A stretch of DNA of 62,651 bases from Candidatus Magasanikbacteria bacterium CG1_02_32_51 (lineage in GTDB: Bacteria; Patescibacteriota; Patescibacteriia; Magasanikbacterales; UBA922). Under the pieces are notes generated by a model that was given only the letters and a program-made list of their open reading frames with translations, ran no database searches and was not told the DNA's origin. The position numbers were made by a program, and so were the translations under genes. Location of the stretch: positions 1 to 62,651 of the forward strand of contig MNVC01000012.1 of assembly GCA_001871435.1 (NCBI GenBank), written 5' to 3'. Each line of letters starts with the position of its first letter. Position 1 is the first letter of the stretch. This document shows positions 18,099 to 26,624 of the stretch, one piece after another.

Positions 18099-19544
18099 AT
18101 GAACATAAAAAAAATATTTTTTACAATTTATCAAGTTTCTAAAAAAGAAAAAATAGAGGTTTACGCTGTTGGTGGCTATGTACGTGATCTTTTGTTGGAC
18201 AGAAAAATTAAAAAGGATATTGATTTTGTTGTTGTTGGCAGCGGTCTAGATTTTGCTAAGAAATTTGAACAAAAATATGATGATGAAGGAACTCTAATTG
18301 AATTCCCTGATTTTGATACTGCTAGATTTGTTTTTACCAAACTTTTGGAAGATGGTAACAAAGAAAAATTATTTGAAATTGAATTTGCTGGTGCTAGAAC
18401 CGAAAAATATGATAGTAATTCTCGCAAACCAAAAGTTGTTGCTACTGATTTGAAAACAGATTTAGAAAGACGTGATTTTACAATCAATGCCATGGCACGA
18501 AAAGTTATCGCCAGTGGTTTGTCCAAAACTATTGAAGACCCTTTTGATGGCCAAAAAGATTTAGCCAAAAAAATACTCAGAACACCACTTGATCCTGACG
18601 TCACATTTTCGGAAGATCCACTTCGTATGTTGCGTGCGACTAGATTTGCTTCTCAACTTGGTTTTGAAATTGAAAAAAAGACTTATCAGGCTCTCACAAA
18701 AAATAAAGAAAGATTGAAGATAATTTCTGCTGAAAGAATCCAAGAGGAATTTTTCAAGTTGCTTGCTACGCCGAAACCCTCTGTTGGTTTGTGGATTTTG
18801 TATGAAACTGGACTTTTGCAAGAATTTTTGCCAGAAGTCTGTGATCTTTGGGGGGTAGACGAGGTGTATGGTCATACTCACAAAAATAATTTGGATCATA
18901 CTTTCAAAGTAGTAGACAATTTGGCTGAACGTTCAGACAATACTTTGTTGCGTTATGCTGCCCTGATGCATGATATTGGCAAACCTGGAACCAAACAATT
19001 TGTAGCAAAACGTGGTTGGGCTTTTGATATGCATGAACATCTTGGTAGAAAGATAGTTCGTCAAATTGGCAAACGTTTACATATGAGTAAAAGTGATACT
19101 GAATATGTTGCCAAATTAGTTCGTTGGCACCAACAACCAATTGCCTTGATGGATGAAGGAATTACCGATAGTCCTGTACGTCGTCTAGTTGTTAATCTTG
19201 GAGAAGAATTAGAAGATCTTCTTACTTTGTGTCGCAGTGATATTACAACTGGAAATCCAAAAAAATTACAAAAGCGTCTCAAGAATTATGATATTTTGGA
19301 AGAGCGTATTGCTGAAGTTTTGGAAAAAGACAAACTTCGGGCTTTCAATTCTCCTGTTCGTGGTGAAGAAATTATGGAATTGTGTAATTTGAAACCCGGT
19401 CCAACTGTGGGTAGAATCAAGAAAGCTTTAGAGGAAGCAATTTTGGATGGAAAAGTAGAAAATGATTATGAAAAGGTAAAAGATTATTTTTTTACAATCA
19501 AAGATGAATATATGCAAAGTGTGCAGGAATGGGAGAAACTGTAA
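18099..19544 (+). CDS. cca: CCA-adding enzyme / poly(A) polymerase family with HD domain
   Basis: GGYVRDLLL, DIDF, RDFTINA, then HD-domain LMHDIGK. Confidence 0.85.
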   Translation: MNIKKIFFTIYQVSKKEKIEVYAVGGYVRDLLLDRKIKKDIDFVVVGSGLDFAKKFEQKYDDEGTLIEFPDFDTARFVFTKLLEDGNKEKLFEIEFAGARTEKYDSNSRKPKVVATDLKTDLERRDFTINAMARKVIASGLSKTIEDPFDGQKDLAKKILRTPLDPDVTFSEDPLRMLRATRFASQLGFEIEKKTYQALTKNKERLKIISAERIQEEFFKLLATPKPSVGLWILYETGLLQEFLPEVCDLWGVDEVYGHTHKNNLDHTFKVVDNLAERSDNTLLRYAALMHDIGKPGTKQFVAKRGWAFDMHEHLGRKIVRQIGKRLHMSKSDTEYVAKLVRWHQQPIALMDEGITDSPVRRLVVNLGEELEDLLTLCRSDITTGNPKKLQKRLKNYDILEERIAEVLEKDKLRAFNSPVRGEEIMELCNLKPGPTVGRIKKALEEAILDGKVENDYEKVKDYFFTIKDEYMQSVQEWEKL

Positions 19545-19680
19545 TTTAGTAATTTTGAATTTCGAATTTTAAAACAATTTTTCAATTATTTAATTTTAAA
19601 TTAATTTTTTTGTAAATTTAAAATTGTTTCCAACCAAGTCGGACAAGTTAAAATTTAAAATTTCTAAATTTAAAATTCGT
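19542..19680. repeat. Family E AT-rich element pair (inverted) around a degenerate family A core
   Basis: Left arm TAATTTAGTAATTTTGAATTTCGAATTTTAAAACAATTT, core TTCCAACCAAGTCGGACAAGTT, right arm AAAATTTAAAATTTCTAAATTTAAAATT. Confidence 0.6.
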
Positions 19681-19686
19681 ATATAT

Positions 19687-20415
19687 ATGAGCAAATTGAT
19701 TGAAGTAAAAGACTTAACAAAACAATATGAAAATGGTGAAGTAGTGACCAAGATATTACATGGTCTGACTTTTGATATTGAAAAAGGAGAATTTGTTTCT
19801 ATCATGGGTCCTTCTGGTTCTGGTAAATCTACATTGATGCATATTTTAGGTTTTCTTGATACTTTAACTTCTGGTACTTTTTTGTTTGAAGGACGTGATG
19901 TTAGTCAACTTAGTGATGATGAGCTAGCAGATATGCGCAGTAATAAAATTGGTTTTGTGTTTCAAGCCTTCAATCTTCTCAATCGTTCTACAACTCTAGA
20001 AAATGTGATGTTGCCACTGCTCTATACTAAAGTTTCAAAGAAGGAAAGAGTGAAAAGAGCTACAGAATTACTCATCCAAGTTGGTCTTGGTCATAGATTG
20101 GATTATTCTCCAAGTAAGCTTTCTGGTGGTGAAAAACAACGTGTGGCTATTGCCAGAGCTTTGGTCAATGATCCTGAAGTTATTTTTGCTGATGAACCTA
20201 CAGGAAATCTTGATTCCAAATCTGGTTTACAAGTTATGAAGATATTACAGGACTTAAATAGAGATAAGGGACATAGTATTATTCTTGTTACTCATGAAAA
20301 ATACACAGCCGAGCATGCAGAGCGTATTATTACTTTGAAAGATGGTCTTATAGAATCAGACAAACCTGTGGAGAAAAGACAAATCGCCGATGAGAATGGG
20401 ACTTTAATTAAGTAA
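19687..20415 (+). CDS. ABC transporter ATP-binding protein, MacB/LolD-like
   Basis: Walker A GPSGSGKST, signature LSGGEKQR, Walker B IFADEPTGNLD. ATG 19687 is preferred because the upstream part of the ORF is repeat. Confidence 0.92.
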   Translation: MSKLIEVKDLTKQYENGEVVTKILHGLTFDIEKGEFVSIMGPSGSGKSTLMHILGFLDTLTSGTFLFEGRDVSQLSDDELADMRSNKIGFVFQAFNLLNRSTTLENVMLPLLYTKVSKKERVKRATELLIQVGLGHRLDYSPSKLSGGEKQRVAIARALVNDPEVIFADEPTGNLDSKSGLQVMKILQDLNRDKGHSIILVTHEKYTAEHAERIITLKDGLIESDKPVEKRQIADENGTLIK

Positions 20416-20455
20416 GTTTTTGTAAGTATTAACACTCCGGATTGTTGTAATTAAT

Positions 20456-21694
20456 ATGGACGTGATAGAGAATATAACAAGTTCTTGGCAGACAATAGCG
20501 CACAGTAAAGCACGTTCTTTTTTGACAATGCTTGGAATTGTAATTGGTGTAATGGCAGTGATTATTGTGTTGTCTGTTGGAGCTGGAGCTCAAAGTCTAA
20601 TAATAAATCAGGTAAAAAGTTTGGGTTCAAATCTTATTGGTGTTTTGCCTGGTAATTCAGAAAAAGATGGACCTCCTGCTTCAGCTTTGGGAATAGTAGT
20701 TACTACTTTGATTTATGATGACGGAAAAGAGATCTTGAAAAATGGTTGCAAATGTATAGAAAATGTGGCTATGTATGTGACTGGTAACGATACTATTATA
20801 GCAGGGGATAATAGTATAACTAGTAATTATACTGGTACTACTGCTAGTTATATTGTTGTAGAAGATACTGATGTTGAATTTGGTCATTTTTTTACAGAGG
20901 AAGAAGAAAAGACTGCTGGAAGAGTTGTCGTTTTGGGATTTGGTGTCAAAGACAAACTTTTTGGTAATGAAAATGCTTTGGAAAAAAGAATTAGAATAGG
21001 AAAAGTAAATTTTTTTGTTGTAGGTGTGATGAAAGAGCGTGGTGTAAGTGGTTTTCAAAATCAAGATGACCAGATATTTATTCCAATTTCTTCAGCTCAA
21101 AAATTATTATTGGGTATAGATTATGTAAACTATATGAGAATAAAAGTCAATACTGCTGAAAATGTTGATCAAGCTGTGGAAAGTGTTGAACAAATTTTGC
21201 GTGATAGACATAATATTGGAACGGGGGAGAGTGATGACTTTTCTGTTAGATCCGCTGCTCAAGGTCTTGATGCCATATCTAATATTACTAATGCTCTAAA
21301 GTTTTTCTTAGTAGCTATTGCTAGTTTGTCTTTGATTGTTGGTGGTTTTGGTATTATGAATATTATGCTTGCCACTGTCCAAGAGCGTACTCAAGAAATT
21401 GGTTTGCGTAAGGCTATTGGTGCCAAATCTAGACAAATTATTTTTCAATTTTTGGTAGAGTCAATGGTAATTACTTTTCTTGGTGGTGCTATTGGAATAA
21501 TTTTTGGTGTTTTGATTTCAGTTGTTGTAGCAAAAACAGCTCAAAATATGGGTTATTCATGGGATTTAGTGATTACATTTGGTTCAATTTTGTTAGCCTG
21601 TGGTGTATCTGTAGGAATTGGTTTGTTAATTGGTATTATACCAGCACGTCGTGCTAGCAAATTGAATGCCATTGAATCATTACGTTATGAATAG
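20456..21694 (+). CDS. ABC transporter permease, MacB/FtsX-like
   Basis: N-terminal TM, large extracytoplasmic domain, C-terminal FtsX module (RTQEIGLRKAIGA). Confidence 0.85.
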   Translation: MDVIENITSSWQTIAHSKARSFLTMLGIVIGVMAVIIVLSVGAGAQSLIINQVKSLGSNLIGVLPGNSEKDGPPASALGIVVTTLIYDDGKEILKNGCKCIENVAMYVTGNDTIIAGDNSITSNYTGTTASYIVVEDTDVEFGHFFTEEEEKTAGRVVVLGFGVKDKLFGNENALEKRIRIGKVNFFVVGVMKERGVSGFQNQDDQIFIPISSAQKLLLGIDYVNYMRIKVNTAENVDQAVESVEQILRDRHNIGTGESDDFSVRSAAQGLDAISNITNALKFFLVAIASLSLIVGGFGIMNIMLATVQERTQEIGLRKAIGAKSRQIIFQFLVESMVITFLGGAIGIIFGVLISVVVAKTAQNMGYSWDLVITFGSILLACGVSVGIGLLIGIIPARRASKLNAIESLRYE

Positions 21695-21851
21695 TAGTGT
21701 TAAAATGTTCTAAATGATGAAGTTGCTATAATTGAAAATCAATTACAACAAATGTAAGTGGTACAACATTTTCAACATAGGTAATTTATAGAGTAATATT
21801 TTTATTTAATTGTATTTTGTCTAATCATAAACTCACTTTTCAAAATTTTGT

Positions 21852-23093
21852 ATGTTTATAAAAGACTTATTTGAAATTTCAGGTACGGCTTTAATTAGAC
21901 AAAAGATGCGTACTATTTTAACTACTATTGCTCTTAGTATTGGTATTGCTTCGGTTGTAATTATTATTTCAGCAGGTAAGGGATTGGAATCTATGGTTTT
22001 GGGTGCTTTGGATATTTTTAGTCCAAACACTCTCAATATTGAAGTGCGTGTACCTGGAAAGGGAAATAGTGGTAGTGCTACAAGTATGGCTACTGGTGTT
22101 TCTATTACAAGTTTAAAAAATACAGATATAGAAGCTATAGTAAAACATCCAAATATTTCTTTGGCTTATGGTTATTTGACTAGTCAACAAGTAATAAAAT
22201 ATCGTGAACAAAATAAAACAGTTACTGTTTTGGCTTATGGTGCGGATTACGCAAAAGCAAATAGTGTAAAAATTGCGCAAGGTAGATTTTATAACTCTGA
22301 TGAAGAAAATGTTTTGGCACAAGTAATTTTTTTAGGTTCAAAAATAAGTGAAGATTTGTTTGGTAATGATACTGCTGTTGGTAAAATTGTTTTTGTAAAA
22401 GGAAAATCTTTTCGTGTAGTGGGTGTACAAGAAAAAGTTGGAGCTAGTTTTGGGTTGGATATGGATAGCGCTGTATATATACCAACTAAAACTATGCAAA
22501 AAAGATTTTTAGGGACAGATTATGTGATGGGTGTGGGAGCTTATGTAGTAGATATGTCTAAATTAGAAACTACCAAAGAAGATATAGAAATGCTACTGCG
22601 TGAAAGACACGATATTACAGATCCTGATAAAGATGATTTTCAAGTAACTAGTATGAAAGAAGCTAGAGCTACTTTGGAAACTGTGTTAGGTGGCATCACA
22701 TTATTACTTATTGCACTTGTTTGTATCTCTCTTCTTGTGGGAGGTGTGGGAATTACCAATATTATGTATGTAACTGTGACTGAACGTACTTTTGAAATAG
22801 GTCTTCGTAAATCTCTTGGAGCCAAATCAAAAGATGTTTTGTGGCAATTTTTAATAGAAGCCATGATGTTGACTTCAGTTGGTGGTATAGTAGGTGTATT
22901 ATTTGGTATTATAATTTCTTATGGTATTTATTTAGGAGCCAATAGTTTTGGAATAAAATGGATGTTTTCCATTCCATTTTATTCTATTATATTAGCTATT
23001 GGATTTTCTACGGCTGTTGGTTTGTTTTTTGGTATTTATCCAGCCAAAAGAGCAGCATCTTTGAGTCCTATTGTAGCGATTAGAAAAGAGTAA
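21852..23093 (+). CDS. Second ABC transporter permease, MacB/FtsX-like
   Basis: Same architecture as the first permease (RTFEIGLRKSLGA). Confidence 0.85.
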   Translation: MFIKDLFEISGTALIRQKMRTILTTIALSIGIASVVIIISAGKGLESMVLGALDIFSPNTLNIEVRVPGKGNSGSATSMATGVSITSLKNTDIEAIVKHPNISLAYGYLTSQQVIKYREQNKTVTVLAYGADYAKANSVKIAQGRFYNSDEENVLAQVIFLGSKISEDLFGNDTAVGKIVFVKGKSFRVVGVQEKVGASFGLDMDSAVYIPTKTMQKRFLGTDYVMGVGAYVVDMSKLETTKEDIEMLLRERHDITDPDKDDFQVTSMKEARATLETVLGGITLLLIALVCISLLVGGVGITNIMYVTVTERTFEIGLRKSLGAKSKDVLWQFLIEAMMLTSVGGIVGVLFGIIISYGIYLGANSFGIKWMFSIPFYSIILAIGFSTAVGLFFGIYPAKRAASLSPIVAIRKE

Positions 23094-23099
23094 TTGAGT

Positions 23100-23195
23100 T
23101 AAAAGTTTTTAAAGTTCATAAAGTTTATAAAGTAATGTTTATTTTAGCATTTTTTGTACTTTTAACTTTCAACTTTACAAACTTTATAAACTAGG
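23100..23195. repeat. Family F element (AAAGTYYATAAAGT word repeats in inverted arrangement)
   Basis: AAGTTCATAAAGTTTATAAAGT ... ACTTTACAAACTTTATAAACT. Confidence 0.55.
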
Positions 23196-23217
23196 TTTAT
23201 TTGCTTTTTTTATCAAA

Positions 23218-23967
23218 ATGAGCTATTATACAAATATAATTAGTTATCAAAATTATACTATGTGGAGCTTTATTTGGAATGATTTGTTATACCAGCCTGT
23301 ATTTAATGTCCTTATTTGGTTGTATAATAATGTTACCAACCAAAATTTAGGTTGGTCAGTAGTCTATTTGACTATTGTTTTGCGTATTTTGCTTTTGCCT
23401 TTGAATATTATTGGCGAGAGAAACAAAGTGCGTGATGAACAAGTACAAGAAGATATCAAAAAAATTGAGAAAGATTATCGTAATGATCCAATGCTTCAAA
23501 AAGAAGAAATTAGAAAACTAGTTAAAAAAAATAAGATAAATCCTTGGGCAAAAGTATTATCTTTGGGTATTCAGTTGCTTGTTTTAGTTTTGCTTTATCA
23601 AGTATTTTTGCAAGGTATTACTGGAGAAAAATTGTTACGTACTCTGTATGATTGGGTAGATTTTCCAGGTAGTATCAATATTTATTTTTTTGGTTTTAAT
23701 CTTGGTAATAGACATGATATATTGTGGCCAGGTTTTGTAGCTATTATTCTTTTGGCAGATATATACATAGATTTAAAGAAGCATAAAGAAAATGTTACTA
23801 AGTCTGATCTTGCATATTTTGTATTGTTTCCAGCATTTTCTTTTTATATTCTTTGGCTTTTGCCAATGGTAAAATCAGTATTTATCTTGACATCAATGTT
23901 TTTTAGTATGTTGTTAGGTTTATTTATTAGAACATTGTTTAGATCACACAAAAAACAAATAAATTAA
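23218..23967 (+). CDS. yidC: YidC/Oxa1-family membrane protein insertase (short form)
   Basis: LGWSVVYLTIVLRILLLPLNI and a 5-TM profile with a basic C-terminal tail. Confidence 0.75.
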   Translation: MSYYTNIISYQNYTMWSFIWNDLLYQPVFNVLIWLYNNVTNQNLGWSVVYLTIVLRILLLPLNIIGERNKVRDEQVQEDIKKIEKDYRNDPMLQKEEIRKLVKKNKINPWAKVLSLGIQLLVLVLLYQVFLQGITGEKLLRTLYDWVDFPGSINIYFFGFNLGNRHDILWPGFVAIILLADIYIDLKKHKENVTKSDLAYFVLFPAFSFYILWLLPMVKSVFILTSMFFSMLLGLFIRTLFRSHKKQIN

Positions 23968-23988
23968 TTTTTATTATAATAAAAATAT

Positions 23989-24597
23989 ATGGCTGGAGAT
24001 TCACTGGACAAATTAATGTATTCATTTGTCATGGAGGATGTACTAAAAGGTTTATTTATAAAAGTTCCACCGGGTCACGTAGCTTGTGTTTATGATCTTG
24101 GTAGAGGAGTACTTAGAAAAGTTTTGACTCCAGGTCTTCATTTAAAAATTCCTTTTTGGCAAAAGGCTAGACTTTTTAATACTCAGACTTTGGAATATGC
24201 TATAACCAGAGAATTCAATCCTCTAAATCCTAGAGCTATGGGAGATGTGCCTATTGGAGCCGTAACTAAAAGTAATAAAAAAATTGCCATAGAAGGTACT
24301 GTTTTGATACGTTTGGATATTCATCAAATTCCAAATATTTGGCAAACTATTGGTGAAGATTTCGTTGAAAAAATTATTCGTCCAACTATGCGTAGTCGTA
24401 TGCGTATGGTTATTAGTCGTTTTAACACTGAAGAAATTATTGGTGCCAAGCGTGATGCTGTAGAAATTGAATTAAAAAATGAATTAGAAAGAATATTTTA
24501 TTCTCGTGGTATTTATGTAGAAAATGTTTTACTTAGTGAAATTTCTAGTATTGCTGAAATTAGAAATGCTGGTAAGAGTGTGGCAGATATTGAATAG
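23989..24597 (+). CDS. SPFH/Band-7 (prohibitin-like) domain protein
   Basis: VPPGHVACVYDLGRGV...GLHLKIPFWQK...IRPTMRSRMR, an SPFH-like pattern. Confidence 0.7.
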   Translation: MAGDSLDKLMYSFVMEDVLKGLFIKVPPGHVACVYDLGRGVLRKVLTPGLHLKIPFWQKARLFNTQTLEYAITREFNPLNPRAMGDVPIGAVTKSNKKIAIEGTVLIRLDIHQIPNIWQTIGEDFVEKIIRPTMRSRMRMVISRFNTEEIIGAKRDAVEIELKNELERIFYSRGIYVENVLLSEISSIAEIRNAGKSVADIE

Positions 24598-24623
24598 TTT
24601 TCATTAAAATATTTGAACATTAA

Positions 24624-24648
24624 AACACTGTAAAAAACAGTGTTTTTT
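24624..24648 (+). terminator. Rho-independent terminator
   Basis: AACACTGT aaaaa ACAGTGTT followed by TTTT. Confidence 0.7.
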
Positions 24649-24716
24649 GTTAAGTAAATGCATAGTTATAAGGACTTTGTAACTTTACAAACTTTATGGA
24701 CTTTATAAATTATGGA

Positions 24717-24777
24717 TTAGCACTTGACAGGTTAGAGTGATAATAGTATAATATCACTGTAATTATAAGAGTGCTAA
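24717..24777 (+). promoter_or_regulatory. Two tandem CIRCE (HrcA operator) inverted repeats
   Basis: TTAGCACTT-N9-GAGTGATAA (24717-24743) and ATATCACTG-N9-GAGTGCTAA (24751-24777), against the consensus TTAGCACTC-N9-GAGTGCTAA. Confidence 0.75.
24724..24752 (+). promoter_or_regulatory. Consensus sigma70 promoter of the hrcA heat-shock operon
   Basis: TTGACA (24724-24729), 17 nt spacer, TATAAT (24747-24752). Overlapped and flanked by the CIRCE sites. Confidence 0.7.
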
Positions 24778-24788
24778 AAAACTCAAAT

Positions 24789-25466
24789 ATGTTGGATGAA
24801 AGAAAATCAAAAATATTAGAATTAATTATTGAAAATTATACAAAGTCGGCTGAGCCTATTGGTTCTAGTTTTTTGGTAGATAATTGTAGTTTAGATCTTA
24901 GTGGAGCTACTATTAGGAATGAAATGCGTGATTTGGAAGAAAACGGTTATTTGACCCATCCTCACACTTCATCTGGTAGAATTCCGACTGAACTTGGTTA
25001 CAAATATTATGTAGAAAATATTATGCAAGTGAAGACTATTAGCAAAAAAATAGCTGATAATCTAAATATTATTTCTGAAGAAAAAGCAGATGACGAATTG
25101 AAAACTATTGCCAAAAATATTTCTGAAAAGACTGGTAATGCTGTCATAATTGCTTTTGGTGCTGGTTCGCTTTATTATACTGGTATCAAAAATCTTTTTT
25201 CTCAGCCAGAATTTCATGATTATTCTTATATGGTAAGTGTATCAGCAATTTTTGATCAGTGTGAAGATACAATAGGAGATATTTACAAAAATATTTTGAA
25301 AGATAAACCAATTATTTTGATAGGTGAAAACAATCCATTTGGTAGTATGTGTGGTTTGATTGGTGTCAAATTGAAAAATAACATTTTGTTTATGGTTTTG
25401 GGTCCAGTACGTATGGACTATTCTACCAATTATACTTTGTTGGATTATTTATTAAAGAAATTTTAA
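24789..25466 (+). CDS. hrcA: Heat-inducible transcription repressor HrcA (short, about 225 aa)
   Basis: MLDERKSKILELIIENY...EPIGS...SGATIRNEMRDLEENGYL.HPHTSSGRIPT is the canonical HrcA N-terminus. CIRCE sites lie upstream. Confidence 0.85.
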   Translation: MLDERKSKILELIIENYTKSAEPIGSSFLVDNCSLDLSGATIRNEMRDLEENGYLTHPHTSSGRIPTELGYKYYVENIMQVKTISKKIADNLNIISEEKADDELKTIAKNISEKTGNAVIIAFGAGSLYYTGIKNLFSQPEFHDYSYMVSVSAIFDQCEDTIGDIYKNILKDKPIILIGENNPFGSMCGLIGVKLKNNILFMVLGPVRMDYSTNYTLLDYLLKKF

Positions 25467-25475
25467 ATAAAAATT

Positions 25476-25991
25476 ATGTCTGAAGATAAAAAAAAGATAA
25501 AAGAAGATAAGAAAATAAATAGTAAAATAGTTGAATTGGAACAACAATTAGAAGAATACAAATCTGGTTGGCAAAGAGCTCAAGCTGATTACCAAAATTT
25601 ACAAAAAGAAATAGATGACAAAAAAAGTGAATGGATAAGAATAAGTGAATTACAAGTTTTGACAGAATTTATGCCAGTGTATGACAATTTTAAAAAAGCA
25701 TTTTTACATCATCCAGAATTGGATGTAGAAAATGAAAAAGATAAAAAAATAAAAAATTGGATAGATGGAGTTGGGTTTATAATGAAACAATTTGGTGTTG
25801 TTCTCAAAAACTTCGATATAGAAGAAATAAAAACTGTTGGTGAAAAGTTCAATCCAGAAATGCATGAGGCTTTGGGAGAAGAAGAATCAGATGAAGAAGA
25901 GGGGATAATCTTGAAAGAAGTTGATGTTGGCTATAAAATGAAAGGAAAAATAATAAAGGTGGCAAAAGTGATAATTGCGAAAGGTCACTAA
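25476..25991 (+). CDS. grpE: Nucleotide exchange factor GrpE
   Basis: RAQADYQN...KFNPEMHEA...GY GrpE motifs; position between hrcA and dnaK. Confidence 0.85.
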   Translation: MSEDKKKIKEDKKINSKIVELEQQLEEYKSGWQRAQADYQNLQKEIDDKKSEWIRISELQVLTEFMPVYDNFKKAFLHHPELDVENEKDKKIKNWIDGVGFIMKQFGVVLKNFDIEEIKTVGEKFNPEMHEALGEEESDEEEGIILKEVDVGYKMKGKIIKVAKVIIAKGH

Positions 25992-26163
25992 TCCCGAAAT
26001 GAAATTCCTGAGGAACGAAGGAATTGAGTAAGGGATCTTTCCTAAATAAAAACGTTTTTATTTAGTTAATTTACTTAGACGTGATTACTAGTTTTCAATA
26101 TATATCTATTAAAATAATTCATTCTTAAGAAAGATCCCTCTCCGTCCTTCGGCGGATCGGGAT
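25991..26163. repeat. Family C composite element, copy 1
   Basis: Outer IR ATCCCGA/TCGGGAT, inner IR AGGGATCTTTC/GAAAGATCCCT. The module GGATCTTTCCTAAATAAAAACGTTTTTATTTAG...TTAGACGTGATTACTAGTTTTCAATATATAT is shared with 33575-33745. Confidence 0.65.
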
Positions 26164-26165
26164 GT

Positions 26166-26606
26166 ATGGAGAAAAATATGTTACCAAGAATATGGGATTC
26201 ATTTTCTGAAATGGAACAAATGGTAAGAAATTTTCCTGCTCTTACCAACAATGGTGATTTCAATCAGAAAACTTTTGTACCGGCCGTTGACATCTACGAA
26301 ACAAAAGAAGACGTCATGGTTGAAACTACTTTGCCTGGAGTGAATCCAGAGCAAATAGAAATAAGTGTAGAAGGTGGTGTACTTACTATTCAAGGTGAAA
26401 GTAAAAGAGAACATGAAATAGATGAAAAAAATTATTATCGTAAAGAAGTTCGTAGTGGCTCATTCTTTCGTCAAGTGGCTTTGCCTGTTTCCGTCCAAGA
26501 AGATAATGTGAGTGCAGAGTTTGAAGATGGGGTACTCAGAATAAAATGTCCAAAGTCTGAAGATAAAAAATCAAAGAAAGTAAATGTAAAAATAATTAAA
26601 AAATAA
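26166..26606 (+). CDS. Hsp20/alpha-crystallin small heat-shock protein
   Basis: PAVDIYETKEDVMVETTLPGV...GVLTIQGE...FFRQVALP...AEFEDGVLRI. The start could instead be ATG 26178, which has GGAG upstream. Confidence 0.9.
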   Translation: MEKNMLPRIWDSFSEMEQMVRNFPALTNNGDFNQKTFVPAVDIYETKEDVMVETTLPGVNPEQIEISVEGGVLTIQGESKREHEIDEKNYYRKEVRSGSFFRQVALPVSVQEDNVSAEFEDGVLRIKCPKSEDKKSKKVNVKIIKK

Positions 26607-26624
26607 TTTAATATACAGAAAAAT

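Noticed and set aside
16243-23093. MacAB-like efflux locus split by cca as something unusual
   Set aside because: The adaptor, ATPase and two FtsX-type permeases are an ordinary combination. An unrelated housekeeping gene between them is unremarkable in a compact genome.
23100-24715. Family F word arrays as DnaA boxes or a replication origin
   Set aside because: The words (ACTTTATRRAC) do not match the TTATCCACA-type DnaA box, and no dnaA or dnaN is nearby. They occur at several unrelated spacers.
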